Assembly: GCA_049424145.1 (NCBI GenBank)
Contig: JBMSSC010000004.1
Coordinates: 1 to 50,582, forward strand
Origin: Bdellovibrionia bacterium
GTDB lineage: Bacteria; Bdellovibrionota; UBA1018
Direction: 5' to 3'
DNA length: 50,582 bases
The notes beneath the pieces were generated by a model that was not told the DNA's origin, searched no databases, and was given only the letters and a program-made list of their open reading frames with translations. A program made the position numbers and the translations under genes. Within the stretch, counting starts at the first letter, position 1; every line of letters starts with the position of its first letter. This document shows positions 26,686 to 37,127 of this stretch, piece by piece.

Positions 26686-27891
26686 GTGTTTATGAAATGG
26701 CGATATTGGGCGATGCTTTCGGTTCTTCCCTTACTCTTAGGGTATACCGTTTATCAGGCAAATAGTTTACTTCCTGGAAAAAAGACTTTAGCTTGGATCG
26801 TAGGTTGTGGTTTTTTTCTTCTCCTCACTTTAAGTCAGTTCTTACTTCGCTTGGATCTTAAGTTTCAGTCCTCCCCGGCCTACCCTGTCTTAGTCGGATT
26901 GAGCGCATTTGGGATGGGAGTCTGGGCAACGTATCTGCTTTTCTCCTTGCCTTTGGATCTGGGTAATTCGCTTTTAGCCTTATTCCAGCGTTTTGATCTG
27001 AGCCCAGTTCAGCCAGAGCGTCGAGAGTTTTTCGTCTCAAGTTTAAAAACAGCGCTGGTTGGTCTCTCAGGGGGGATGGCTGGCCTTGGGTTTTATGAAG
27101 TGGTCCAAGGACCGCAAGTCAAGGAAGTTTCGGTGCCTCTTCCGAACCTTCCCAAAGAGCTTCATGGACTGAAGATTGCTCAAATCTCGGATCTCCACGT
27201 GGGAGGAACGATTGGTTCTCAGTACGTTGAAAATGTGGTGAAGAGGGTCTTAGGGCTCTCCCCGGATTTGATCGCAGTCACAGGAGACCTGGTCGATGGA
27301 ATTCCTGAGACTCTATCTTCCAAGATGACCGCGTTAGCCCAATTGAAAGCGCCCTTGGGGACATTTTACGTCACAGGCAATCATGAGTACTACTGGGGAG
27401 CTGAGCAGTGGATTCAAAAAGTAACCGAGCTTGGTTTCACGCCACTGATGAATTCCAATCGGGTTCTTCAGTTTCAAGGAAAAAAACTCTTAGTAGCAGG
27501 CGTAACCGATACCTCAGCTCACCAGTTCATACCCGATCATCAGACCGATCCCAAAAAAGCGCGCCTTTCCGATCAAGACTGCGATTTTAAGCTCCTCCTA
27601 GCTCATCGGCCCGATAGTTGTTTTGAGGCTGAACCGTTGGGTTACGACTTACAACTCTCCGGACATACCCATGCGGGGCAGTTCTTTCCGTGGAGTATTT
27701 TAGTCAGTTTTGCACATCGATATCTGCAGGGATTGAATCGTCACGGTCGAATGTGGGTTTACGTCAATGCGGGAACAGGCTACTGGGGACCTCCAAATCG
27801 ATTGATCAATCCCTCGGAAATCACACTGATTCGCCTAGTCAGCAGCTCAGGTGTGGTAAGACAGCAGGATGGGAAAGTGGATCCGACTTAA
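26686..27891 (+). CDS. membrane-bound calcineurin-like metallophosphoesterase (YkuE/YaeI-like)
   Basis: SDLH, TGDLVD, GNHE, LAHRP, SGHTHAGQ. Confidence 0.92.
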   Translation: MFMKWRYWAMLSVLPLLLGYTVYQANSLLPGKKTLAWIVGCGFFLLLTLSQFLLRLDLKFQSSPAYPVLVGLSAFGMGVWATYLLFSLPLDLGNSLLALFQRFDLSPVQPERREFFVSSLKTALVGLSGGMAGLGFYEVVQGPQVKEVSVPLPNLPKELHGLKIAQISDLHVGGTIGSQYVENVVKRVLGLSPDLIAVTGDLVDGIPETLSSKMTALAQLKAPLGTFYVTGNHEYYWGAEQWIQKVTELGFTPLMNSNRVLQFQGKKLLVAGVTDTSAHQFIPDHQTDPKKARLSDQDCDFKLLLAHRPDSCFEAEPLGYDLQLSGHTHAGQFFPWSILVSFAHRYLQGLNRHGRMWVYVNAGTGYWGPPNRLINPSEITLIRLVSSSGVVRQQDGKVDPT

Positions 27892-30163
27892 AATTGAGGG
27901 AATGAGCTGTGCCTCTTGCGTGGCTCACGTGGAAGAGGCGCTCAAGAAGGTCCCTCACGTGGAGTCAGTTAGTGTTCATCTTCTGGGGGCAGGAGCTCGA
28001 GTTTTATTGGATGGGGAGCTTCAGGAGAGTCTCACAGCTCAGGTCGTCGACTCCCTGCTGCTTGCATTGAGAACCCAAGGCTATGCAGCGAGTCTTCTCC
28101 CCCAGGAGTCCTCCTTGGCTTTAGCCCTTCAACGTCACCTTCAGGAGGCTTCCGAGAAGTCCAAAAGACGGGGAAGAGATGCTTTTTTCAGTCTCCTGTT
28201 GAGTTCCCCTTTTGTGGTCTCCATGGTGGGATCGTTCTGGAATGACTCGTGGATGCTTCCGATCGGGGTTCAGTTGGTTTTGGCGACGGTCGTCCAGTGG
28301 TTTTTTGGAATCCCCTTTTACGTGAATAGTTGGAGGGCCTTAAGGCAGGGGCGTGGGACGATGGATTTGCTCGTGTGCTTAAGCACATCGGTCGCATGGG
28401 TCATCAGCACTCAAGAGGCGCTCTCCTCTATTTTCGGGTCCAATGGATCGGCCGGGCATGGGTATTTTGAGTCCTCAGCCATGATCATTAGTTTCGTCCT
28501 CCTGGGTCAGTGGATGGAGTCACGTGCTCAAATCAAAGCGGGGGGGCTTCTTCAGGCCCTCGCTCAGATTCGGCCTGATCGCGCAAGAGTCCTGCGTGAG
28601 GACCAACCCATAGAGCTACCGATTGAGACTGTGTTTCCCGGGGAACGGGTGTTAGTGAGAGCCGGGGAAAAGATCCCCGTCGATGGTCAGATCGTTCAGG
28701 GTATGGCCTCGCTGGATTTGTCACTAATCACGGGGGAAAGTTTGCCCGTGGTGAAGACAGTGGGGGATTCTGTATTCTGCGGAGCCATCAACTTAGATGG
28801 GCTGATCATTCTGGAAGTCACCTCCACTGGAGCTCAGACTTCATTGGAGAAGATGATCCAGCACGTGGAGCAAGCACAAACCTCCCGGGCTCCGCTTCAA
28901 AAAAGGGTGGATCAACTCAGTGCAAGCTTGGTGGGGTTGGTTTTAACGGTAGCCGCGTTCTCGTTTTTGGCTTGGGGTCTTTTGACTGGAGATTGGTCCC
29001 AAGGCATTCGACCCGCCCTTTCGGTCTTGGTGATTTCTTGCCCCTGTGCATTGGGCTTAGCCACTCCCACAGCGGTCAGCGTCGGCGTGGGAGTCGGGGC
29101 CCGCTTTGGGATTTTATTTCGGGACTTTGAATCGTTGGAGCTTTTAAGGCAAGTTCATTGGCTGGTCTGGGATAAAACAGGCACACTCACTGAAGGTCAT
29201 CCGGCGTTAATTGAGGTGATCCAAGCCTCAGGGGAAGACCCTCAAGAGATCCTCGCCGTGGCGTGTGCTTTACAGTCTGGGAGCCCACATCCTTTTGCTC
29301 GCGCTTTGGGCGAGGAAGCTCAAAAACGCGGACTAGCGCTTGAGCCACCACAGGAGTTCGCCTATCACACGGGATTTGGGATCTCAGCAAGCTTCAAGGG
29401 AAGGCGTTTTCTTCTGGGGAGTCGTCGATTTTTAAAAGAAAAAGGGGGGATTTCCGATGGGTCCTTGCTTCCTGAGCGGGACTTGGCCTGGAAAAAAGCA
29501 GAGGAAAGGGAACGTCAAGGGTGTTCTCTGGCGTGGTTAGCTCAGGTGGGCCAAAATGGGGCGCGAGTTTTGGGGGCCTTGGTATTTCGAGAGTCCCTGC
29601 GGCCGTCGGCTCAGGAGGCTTTGGAGAGACTCAAAGCTCGAGGGATTCGCTTAGTGCTCATGACTGGGGATCGGGAAGCCAGCGCTCGGGCCATTGCATC
29701 TCAACTGGGGATGGATTCGGTCTATTTTGAAGCGCTTCCCCAGGAGAAGGCCAGTAAGATTCAGTCTCTCAAGCAGTCCCCAAACCCGTCTGGGTCCGGC
29801 GCTTCGGTTGTGGCGATGGTGGGCGATGGAGTGAATGATGCAGCGGCTCTTGCGAGTGCGGATGTGGGTATTTCACTGGCGAGTGGAACGGATGTGGCAA
29901 AAGCAGTTGCTCGCGTGACTTTGGTGGGCTCTGATTTGAATCGAGTAGGGGATGCCATCGACTTATCTGAAAAAACTCATCGGACGATTCAGATCGCCTT
30001 ATTTTGGGCGTTTCTCTACAACTTGCTGGGCATCCCGCTGGCAGCACTGGGTTATTTAACGCCGATTTTAGCGTCCGCTGCAATGGCGCTGAGCAGTGTG
30101 AGCGTGGTGTCTTATGCCTTACTTTTGATGAGGTGGCGACCCACAGCGGTCAGAAGGCCTTGA
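27869..30163 (+). CDS. copA: Cu(I)-type P1B ATPase
   Basis: GMSCASC HMA domain, TGES, CPC, DKTGT, HP, GDGVNDA, YN and MxxSS. Confidence 0.9.
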   Translation: MGKWIRLKIEGMSCASCVAHVEEALKKVPHVESVSVHLLGAGARVLLDGELQESLTAQVVDSLLLALRTQGYAASLLPQESSLALALQRHLQEASEKSKRRGRDAFFSLLLSSPFVVSMVGSFWNDSWMLPIGVQLVLATVVQWFFGIPFYVNSWRALRQGRGTMDLLVCLSTSVAWVISTQEALSSIFGSNGSAGHGYFESSAMIISFVLLGQWMESRAQIKAGGLLQALAQIRPDRARVLREDQPIELPIETVFPGERVLVRAGEKIPVDGQIVQGMASLDLSLITGESLPVVKTVGDSVFCGAINLDGLIILEVTSTGAQTSLEKMIQHVEQAQTSRAPLQKRVDQLSASLVGLVLTVAAFSFLAWGLLTGDWSQGIRPALSVLVISCPCALGLATPTAVSVGVGVGARFGILFRDFESLELLRQVHWLVWDKTGTLTEGHPALIEVIQASGEDPQEILAVACALQSGSPHPFARALGEEAQKRGLALEPPQEFAYHTGFGISASFKGRRFLLGSRRFLKEKGGISDGSLLPERDLAWKKAEERERQGCSLAWLAQVGQNGARVLGALVFRESLRPSAQEALERLKARGIRLVLMTGDREASARAIASQLGMDSVYFEALPQEKASKIQSLKQSPNPSGSGASVVAMVGDGVNDAAALASADVGISLASGTDVAKAVARVTLVGSDLNRVGDAIDLSEKTHRTIQIALFWAFLYNLLGIPLAALGYLTPILASAAMALSSVSVVSYALLLMRWRPTAVRRP

Positions 30164-30170
30164 AACCGGA

Positions 30171-31439
30171 GTGATCATGAAGAACTCACAGTTTGAACTT
30201 CCAGTGAAATCGGGAGATCGAGTTTTTATTCACGGTGGAGCTGCAACCCCATTGGCGCTCATCGATCACCTTTTAGCCCAGGCCGATCGGCTCCACGATG
30301 TGGAACTGGTGCATCTGCACACGATGGGTCAAGCGCCCTATGCAGAGCCTCAATGGGAGGGGCATTTTCGCGTCTCGGCCTTCTTCGTGGGCGCCAATCT
30401 GAGGAAGCGATTTAGGCCCGGTTTTGTAGACTACATTCCTTGCTTTTTGTCTGAAATTCCAAACCTTTTTCGCTCTGGGCGATTTCCTGTCAATTTAGCA
30501 TTGGTTCATGTTTCTCCCCCTGATCGTCATGGCTATTGCACGCTTGGAACCAGTGTGGACATTGCCCGCGCAGCGGTGGATCGGGCTCAAATAGTGGTGG
30601 CTCAGGTAAATCCAAGAATGCCTCGAGTGCATGGCGATGGGTATGTGCATCTGAGTCGGTTTCACTCCTGGATTGAGGTAGATACCCCTATTCCGCAGGA
30701 GGCCCCCAAAGTTCTTAGGCCCGAGGAAAAGCAAATTGCTCATCACGTGGCAAGCCTCATTGAAGATGGCTCAACCCTCCAGATGGGCATCGGGTCCATT
30801 CCCGATGCAGTGCTGGAGGCTTTGGTTCATCATCGTCACTTGGGGATTCATAGTGAGATGTGGAGTGATGGAGTCCTTAAGCTCGTTCAATCCGGAGCAG
30901 TCGATAATTCGAAGAAAAAAATCCATCCTGGAAAAATCGTTTCCGGTTTTGTTGTGGGAACCCAGGCCCTCTATGACTTCATCGATGATCATCCAGCTGT
31001 GGTTCAGCTCGATAGTGCCTTTGTGAATGACCCCTCCGTGATTGCTCAAAACCCAAAAGTGGTCGCGATCAATTCTGCAGTGGAAGTGGATTTAACGGGC
31101 CAAATTTGCGCGGATTCCATCGGAGCTCGAGTGATCTCGGGTACGGGGGGGCAGATGGATTTTATTCGTGGCGCTTCGCTTTCTCCCGGCGGCAAAGCCA
31201 TCATTGCTCTCACCAGTCGAACGCTTCAAGGTGAGCCTAGGATTGTTCCTGTATTAAAAGAGGGTGCAGGTGTCGTGACGACTCGAGCTCATGTGCACTG
31301 GGTGATTACGGAGCATGGGGTTGCGGATCTTTATGGGAAAAATTTTGATCAGAGGGCACAGGCCTTAATCCAGATTGCTCACCCGGAGGATCAAGAGGGT
31401 TTGAGGCAGGCCTGGAGAAAAAGGGTGGACGGACACTAA
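30171..31439 (+). CDS. acetyl-CoA hydrolase / 4-hydroxybutyrate CoA-transferase family
   Basis: LQMGIGSIPDAV, LGIHSEM, INSAVEVDLTGQ, SGTGGQMDF, IAHP. Confidence 0.93.
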   Translation: MIMKNSQFELPVKSGDRVFIHGGAATPLALIDHLLAQADRLHDVELVHLHTMGQAPYAEPQWEGHFRVSAFFVGANLRKRFRPGFVDYIPCFLSEIPNLFRSGRFPVNLALVHVSPPDRHGYCTLGTSVDIARAAVDRAQIVVAQVNPRMPRVHGDGYVHLSRFHSWIEVDTPIPQEAPKVLRPEEKQIAHHVASLIEDGSTLQMGIGSIPDAVLEALVHHRHLGIHSEMWSDGVLKLVQSGAVDNSKKKIHPGKIVSGFVVGTQALYDFIDDHPAVVQLDSAFVNDPSVIAQNPKVVAINSAVEVDLTGQICADSIGARVISGTGGQMDFIRGASLSPGGKAIIALTSRTLQGEPRIVPVLKEGAGVVTTRAHVHWVITEHGVADLYGKNFDQRAQALIQIAHPEDQEGLRQAWRKRVDGH

Positions 31440-31539
31440 AATGGGGTTCCTCCAATCGGTAAAACCTTGAAAACTCAGGCAGAGTTTGGGCTTTTTTCTT
31501 TTTTTGCTTTTTCAACTTAACGCTGTTATTAGGTCACGC

Positions 31540-32052
31540 ATGTCGAAAAAAACTCTTTTGTTCACGGTAGTTTGCCTGTCTTTTCACTTGGGCTGTGTTT
31601 CAAACGATTCTAGCAACTCACTAGAAGAGTCAGCTTCCAGTCACGGGAGTTCCTCTTATTTGACTGAGCTGGATCAGCCGCGGGATGATATTCGGTTTGA
31701 ATTTTATAAAAAAAATCTCACGGCTTCACTCAATTGGCTTCCTGCAACGGAAGAGGGCCGATTGTTTGAAATTAAGTTTTGGAATTCGGATGACCAACAG
31801 AATTCTCCAAACTTCGTAGATCCTCAGGCAAAACTTCGAGTTTCTCTGAAGATGACCTGTGCTTGCTCTCATGTGGGCCGGTTTTCAGGGATTGATTCCG
31901 TCACAGATGCTGATAATCAAGTGATTCCTGGAGTTTATCACGTGGTGGGTGTTCAATTGCCCAAGCTGGGAGAATGGATTGTTGAGCTTTCCTTGATGGA
32001 TTCAAAAGGCAACGTGATCGATCGCGCTGAAGGCATTTGGATTGAAGAATAG
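31540..32052 (+). CDS. lipoprotein, YtkA/FixH-like Ig-fold candidate
   Basis: ATG 31540, lipobox HLG-C, ...LKMTCACSH..., GVYHV...GEWIVELSL pattern. Confidence 0.55.
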   Translation: MSKKTLLFTVVCLSFHLGCVSNDSSNSLEESASSHGSSSYLTELDQPRDDIRFEFYKKNLTASLNWLPATEEGRLFEIKFWNSDDQQNSPNFVDPQAKLRVSLKMTCACSHVGRFSGIDSVTDADNQVIPGVYHVVGVQLPKLGEWIVELSLMDSKGNVIDRAEGIWIEE

Positions 32053-32086
32053 TTGAATGTCTCCATTGAAAAGTTGAATTGAATTT

Positions 32087-32125
32087 AAATGGGATGAGTC
32101 CTTCTTGGAAGAGCTCATCCCATTT
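32087..32125. terminator. hairpin between convergent genes
   Basis: AAATGGGATGAG / CTCATCCCATTT 12-bp inverted repeat. Confidence 0.55.
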
Positions 32126-32240
32126 GACTTTCAACCCTCAGGACTAAATTTTTTCTCAGAATGAACACTTCAAATCCCAGTAGCGGGGTTTCACTGTCAG
32201 TGAAGTCAACCCTGATTTGGGGCGGAAGAATCCGATGCGG

Positions 32241-33029
32241 CTAGGGTTTTTCTTCAGTGTCGCGCATTCCTTCTCCTAAGATTAGAGCTGAGGCAAAAAT
32301 CGCAGCCGTCTCGGCTCTTAAAATCTGGGGGCTCAGGCAAACCCGTTTGAGTTGATCAGGATGAGGGCTTTTCCCCAGCAGTTGGCGTTCTTGCTTGCTC
32401 CAGCCCCCTTCAGGCCCAACTAAGATGTGTTGAGGGGAGTTTTTTTCTAACGGCTCTTTTTTGAAGCAATCGAGCAAAAATGGGGCTTCTCCTGGAGCGG
32501 CTTCATCACACCAAAATCGTTTACCCTGAGAGGGGCTGAGGATGAGCGTGTCCAAAGCAATCGGCTTTTGGATCTCCATTTGTTCTAGGCGTCCACATTG
32601 TTTTAAAGCCTGGTCTGCTATTTTTTGCCAACGGTGTTGAAACGATTCAGGCCCCTTTGCTTTGATTTGAACCACCGTGTGATCGGTGATGACCGGAATG
32701 AGAGTTTTGACTCCCAGCTCAACGGCTTTTTCAATCACCCATCCCATGGCATCATTTTTAAGGATTCCCAGTTCAAGGATCACAGGGGGAATCTTCATGG
32801 ATGCCGTGGGCTTGGTTTCAATCTGACTCTCCTCTAGGTATTCCAGTCGCACTGGGCCTTCATTGGTTCTTAACACAACGAGTCTTTTTTGGCCTTTTCC
32901 GTCGAGCGCTTCAATGCGGTCGCCATTTCTTAAGCGAAGCACTCGCGTGGCATGATGGGCTTCGTCTTCAGAAAGTCGAGTGGGTTTATTGGGTAAGGGA
33001 AGGAGAGGGCAAAGCAATCTTTTATGCAT
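32241..33029 (-). CDS. rsmE: 16S rRNA m3U1498 methyltransferase
   Basis: HHATRVLRL, EKAVELGV, ALKQCGR, VGPEGGW, ILRAETAA. Start probably ATG 33029 (track gives 33089). Confidence 0.93.
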   Translation of the reverse strand: MHKRLLCPLLPLPNKPTRLSEDEAHHATRVLRLRNGDRIEALDGKGQKRLVVLRTNEGPVRLEYLEESQIETKPTASMKIPPVILELGILKNDAMGWVIEKAVELGVKTLIPVITDHTVVQIKAKGPESFQHRWQKIADQALKQCGRLEQMEIQKPIALDTLILSPSQGKRFWCDEAAPGEAPFLLDCFKKEPLEKNSPQHILVGPEGGWSKQERQLLGKSPHPDQLKRVCLSPQILRAETAAIFASALILGEGMRDTEEKP

Positions 33030-33134
33030 AAAATGTGGCAGCCTTTCAAAACTTTTTTCATCATAGAGAGGGAAACTGATGGATTGCAAGGCTTTCTCCT
33101 GGTCGTGAGACGCAGAATCGGAGAAAATAACGGT

Positions 33135-34433
33135 ATGATCAATTTTCCTCTCGTGTTGGGTTTGCTAGTCTTCTTTGAAAGCTCAGTCTTTGGGCTCACT
33201 CAGGATCACTCGGTGCCTCCCCCGCAGCCCTCTGAGCATGAGTTCTTGAAGTCAGAAAACTGGAATGCGTTTAAACCAGATTTTAGACTGAAAAGAAACG
33301 TCGATTTCTGGGTTCGCATCTATTCAGAGGTGACCTCAAGTCAGGGATTCATTCATGATTCTAAGTATATTGATCATGTTTATGAGAAAGTCGACTTTGA
33401 ACAGGAAAAAGAGAACTCCTCCTCCTTCATTAAAAAACGGAAGAGTCATTGGCGAGAGGTTCTTTTTTCGGTTCATAAGAAACAGAATCGCCCTGAAACC
33501 ATGACCCAGGAGGAGAGGCGAATTTTTGAGCTTTTTGAAGACGTCAGTGAGCCCAACAAATTTCTCAATGCAGCTCATCGCAAGAGGCTTCGGTTTCAAC
33601 TGGGTCAGAAGGATCGATTCCTCGATGGGCTCTATCAGTCCGGGGCCTTTTTAGGGTTCATGGAGGAGATTTTTAAAAAGCAGGGTCTCCCCTTGGAGTT
33701 GACTCGATTACCCTTTGTGGAGAGCAGCTTTAATCTGAGAGCTCGATCTAAAGTGGGGGCCAGCGGCGTTTGGCAGTTTATGCGCTCAACGGCTCGGTTG
33801 TTCATTCAAGTGAACTCAGCAGTTGATGAGCGAAATGACCCGGTTCGTGCCACAGAGGCTGCAGCTCAGCTGTTGAAAGATAATTACGAGTCATTAAAGA
33901 GCTGGCCTTTAGCGGTCACGGCGTACAATCACGGACGAAAAGGAGTCATGAGGGCGGTGCGAGTGGTGGGATCCAATGATTTGGAGGATTTAATAAAGGA
34001 CTACAGAAGTCGGTCTTTTGGGTTCGCCAGTAGTAATTTCTTCGCTGAGCTCTTGGCGGCCATTGAAGTGGAGAAAAACTCAGAAAAATACTTTGGAAAA
34101 GTGGAAAGAGGTCAAGCTTTTGCTTTTATTGAGTTTCAAGTCCCTGATTTTATTGAGTTGAAAGTTCTAGAAGAGTATTTGAGTTTAGATCCAAAACAGG
34201 TTCGCCTTTTTAATCCTGGACTGACTGACGAGGTCTTTGCTCATACGCTTTTAGTTCCTGGGGGGTATTTTCTCCGCATCCCTCTAGCCTCAGGAGTAGA
34301 TCCCTCTAGCGTTCAATTGGACCTTCAGCAAAAGTATTCGAAAATTCCTTCGCAGTTGAAGCTAAAAGCGCAGAGACCCACAAACTATGGTAGAAGGTTA
34401 AGTACTTTAAAAAAAACGAGCAAAAGAAGATAA
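33135..34433 (+). CDS. lytic murein transglycosylase (MltD/SLT family)
   Basis: LPFVESSF, SKVGASGVWQFM, DERNDP, AVTAYNHG; signal peptide from ATG 33135. Confidence 0.9.
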   Translation: MINFPLVLGLLVFFESSVFGLTQDHSVPPPQPSEHEFLKSENWNAFKPDFRLKRNVDFWVRIYSEVTSSQGFIHDSKYIDHVYEKVDFEQEKENSSSFIKKRKSHWREVLFSVHKKQNRPETMTQEERRIFELFEDVSEPNKFLNAAHRKRLRFQLGQKDRFLDGLYQSGAFLGFMEEIFKKQGLPLELTRLPFVESSFNLRARSKVGASGVWQFMRSTARLFIQVNSAVDERNDPVRATEAAAQLLKDNYESLKSWPLAVTAYNHGRKGVMRAVRVVGSNDLEDLIKDYRSRSFGFASSNFFAELLAAIEVEKNSEKYFGKVERGQAFAFIEFQVPDFIELKVLEEYLSLDPKQVRLFNPGLTDEVFAHTLLVPGGYFLRIPLASGVDPSSVQLDLQQKYSKIPSQLKLKAQRPTNYGRRLSTLKKTSKRR

Positions 34434-34465
34434 AAGTTGAACTTGAGGGAAGAAGTAGGAGTGCC

Positions 34466-35086
34466 ATGTTTTTAGTTGGAATTGCTGGAGGCTCGGGGTC
34501 GGGCAAAACGACTTTTGCAAAAAAAATCTTAAATCGGGTGCCTGGCAAGTTCAGCTCTCACGTCGCCATTTTACACCAAGACTCCTATTATTTACCGACT
34601 CCTGATCCCGAGCTCCGAGTGCACGGTGAGCCTAATTTTGATCATCCCAGAGCTTTTGATTGGGCTCTGCTGAAGCAACACCTCCACCAGCTTAAAAATG
34701 GAGGTACGATTGAAGTGCCCGTTTACGATTTTAAGATGAGTCGAAGGACCCAAGAAACCCTGTCCTTAGGCCCCTGTGCGACGGTTCTAATGGAGGGAAT
34801 TTTTACTCTCTGGGAAGAAGACGTTCGTCATTTATTTGATCTGAAGATTTATTTGAATGTGGAAGCAGATATTCGATTCATTCGTCGCTTGCACCGGGAT
34901 GTCAAAGAGCGGGGGCGATCCATTGATAGTATCATTCGACAGTACTATGACACGGTCCGGCCCATGCATCATGAGTTTTTAGAGCCCACCAGGCAGTACG
35001 CAGATCTGGTGGTGGGAGAAGAAACAGATATTGCAGCTGAAGTGGTGGCCGCACGCATTAATTCAGCCGCCTTAGGTGAATTTTAG
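34466..35086 (+). CDS. udk: uridine kinase
   Basis: GIAGGSGSGKTT, QDSYY, NFDHP, RFIRRL.RDV.ERGR. Confidence 0.95.
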   Translation: MFLVGIAGGSGSGKTTFAKKILNRVPGKFSSHVAILHQDSYYLPTPDPELRVHGEPNFDHPRAFDWALLKQHLHQLKNGGTIEVPVYDFKMSRRTQETLSLGPCATVLMEGIFTLWEEDVRHLFDLKIYLNVEADIRFIRRLHRDVKERGRSIDSIIRQYYDTVRPMHHEFLEPTRQYADLVVGEETDIAAEVVAARINSAALGEF

Positions 35087-35095
35087 GAGAAGAAC

Positions 35096-36760
35096 TTGAG
35101 CGAATTAAAAGTAGTCCCCTTGGGAGGACTGGGTGAAATCGGAATGAACTGCATGGTCCTGGAATATGAGGACGAGATCCTCATCGTGGATTGCGGTTTA
35201 CTCTTTTCTGATCTGGACCACTTTGGGGTCGAGTTTGTGATTCCTGACTTCAAATACATTCGCGATCGCAAAGAGAAGGTCAAAGGCTTTCTCATCACCC
35301 ATGGTCATGAAGATCACATTGGTGCCTTGGCGTTTGCTTTTAAGGCTGGGATTCGGGCTCCCGTTTATGCTTCTTTTTTCTCCTCTCTGTTAATTCGAGA
35401 GCGGCTGAAAGAGTACGGCTTAGAAGACTCAGTTGAGATCCGGGTGTTTCGCATGGGGGATCAAATCCCCTTTCGGCACTTTCAAGTCCGAACGGTTTCA
35501 GTCAATCACAGTATTGTGGATGCAGCCGCACTGATCATTGATACCCCGGTGGGAAAAGTCATTCATACGGGCGACTTTAAGATCGATACAATGCCGTTTT
35601 ACGGGGAGAAAATGGACCTTGATCTGTTTTCCCAAGCGGGAGACGAGGGCGTGCTCTTGCTGATGTCGGATTCAACGAATGTTGAGCATCATGATCACAG
35701 TATGAGTGAGAGTGTGATTTATCAGAAGTTTGAGCAACTTTTTGCGGCAGCTCATGGGCTCACCATTGTGTCTCTGTTTGCATCGAATGTGGGGCGGATT
35801 GGACAGATTTTTGACCTGGCTGCGCGCTTGGATAAGAAAATTCTCCTCTCAGGACGTAGCATGGAGCAGAACGTCCGGCTCGCTATGGAGGCAGGCTACT
35901 TAAAAGGAGCGGAGTCCAGAATTCTCGCTTTAGATGATTTTGAGGATTTCCCGCGTAACCAAATCATTGTGCTCTCCACAGGCAGTCAAGGTGAGCATCG
36001 CTCTTCATTAGTCCGAATTGCATCGGGGGATCACTCCCAGATTCAGCTTCAAAAGGGCGACCTCGTGTTAATGAGCTCAAAGTTTATCCCAGGGAATGAA
36101 AAGGCCATTGGTCGAATGATCAACCAGCTTTTCAAGCAAGGTGCTGAAGTCTTGTACGAGGCGGTCCATGACATTCATGTCTCAGGTCACGCCACGCGTC
36201 CTGAGCTCAAGGAAATGTTGCAACGGGTGAGACCTCAGTTTTTTATTCCCATTCATGGCGAGTACCGGCACTTGGTTCATCATGCCGCATTAGCCAAAGA
36301 ATGTGGAATGCCGGAGAGCAACGTGCTCCTCGCAGTCAATGGAGACGTGGTGGAGCTCACCCCTCAGAGTTGCACCATTCGAGAGCATTTGGAGGAGACT
36401 CGCGTTTTAGTCGAGGGTCGAGAAGGAAACGACATCTCAAAACTTCTCTTAAGAGAGCGTAGACAAATGGGAGAAAAGGGTGTGGTCTTCTCCCTGCTTG
36501 TGCGAAACGTAGAGAGCTCTAGAATCATCTCGGGCCCTGAGATCATCGCCAAAGGACTGACTCATGAGGATCGAGAGGCCTGGCTCTTAGAAGAGGCAAA
36601 AGCCTTGGTAAAAAAAATCGTCATCGAGTTTGAGAGAAATCCTCAATCCCGAGGGCCAAATGGAGATTTACAGGAGACCATTCGTATTGAGCTCAGGCGA
36701 TTTTTTGATCGCAATATCGGACGAAAGCCCATCGTTCTTCCGATCATTTTAGATATCTAG
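35096..36760 (+). CDS. rnj: ribonuclease J
   Basis: PLGGLGEIGMN, THGHEDHIG, HTGDFK, DSTN, HVSGHA, PIHGEYRH. Confidence 0.96.
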   Translation: MSELKVVPLGGLGEIGMNCMVLEYEDEILIVDCGLLFSDLDHFGVEFVIPDFKYIRDRKEKVKGFLITHGHEDHIGALAFAFKAGIRAPVYASFFSSLLIRERLKEYGLEDSVEIRVFRMGDQIPFRHFQVRTVSVNHSIVDAAALIIDTPVGKVIHTGDFKIDTMPFYGEKMDLDLFSQAGDEGVLLLMSDSTNVEHHDHSMSESVIYQKFEQLFAAAHGLTIVSLFASNVGRIGQIFDLAARLDKKILLSGRSMEQNVRLAMEAGYLKGAESRILALDDFEDFPRNQIIVLSTGSQGEHRSSLVRIASGDHSQIQLQKGDLVLMSSKFIPGNEKAIGRMINQLFKQGAEVLYEAVHDIHVSGHATRPELKEMLQRVRPQFFIPIHGEYRHLVHHAALAKECGMPESNVLLAVNGDVVELTPQSCTIREHLEETRVLVEGREGNDISKLLLRERRQMGEKGVVFSLLVRNVESSRIISGPEIIAKGLTHEDREAWLLEEAKALVKKIVIEFERNPQSRGPNGDLQETIRIELRRFFDRNIGRKPIVLPIILDI

Positions 36761-37127
36761 CGAGGGTGTTGGAGTCCGATTTCCTGGTTTTGTCACCCGT
36801 AGAAAACTGAAACTGCTTAAGCCAAGGATTAGCCTTCGCTTGCTCTTACCCTGTGATTAAGCAGCAAGGCATCCAACCGGGGCAGCATCGCCATTCGTTA
36901 GAGACTGAGCTATTTTGCGCTCCACCACAGCCTGAACTTCGTATCGATCCACCCTGATCAAACTCAACTTTGGGTTTTAGATCAGTCATTTTTTTGAATT
37001 AATATTAAATCTATTAAATTTATCAAAACCTTCTGCCAGATGGGGTGCTTGCTTCTATTACTGTACTAAAATGCTAAAGTTTTAAACTCAAGGGGACGAT
37101 GAGTCTTAAGAGGAGAAGGAGTTAAAT

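Noticed and set aside
33024..33134. Head-to-head overlap of rsmE and the transglycosylase ORFs
   Set aside because: Artefact of longest-ORF calling; probable starts at 33029 (-) and 33135 (+) remove the overlap
36761..37000. Possible tmRNA (CTCCACCA on +, a frame ending LAA-stop on -)
   Set aside because: The two signals are on opposite strands, and there is no T-arm (GTTCGA) or matching GGGG acceptor 5' end
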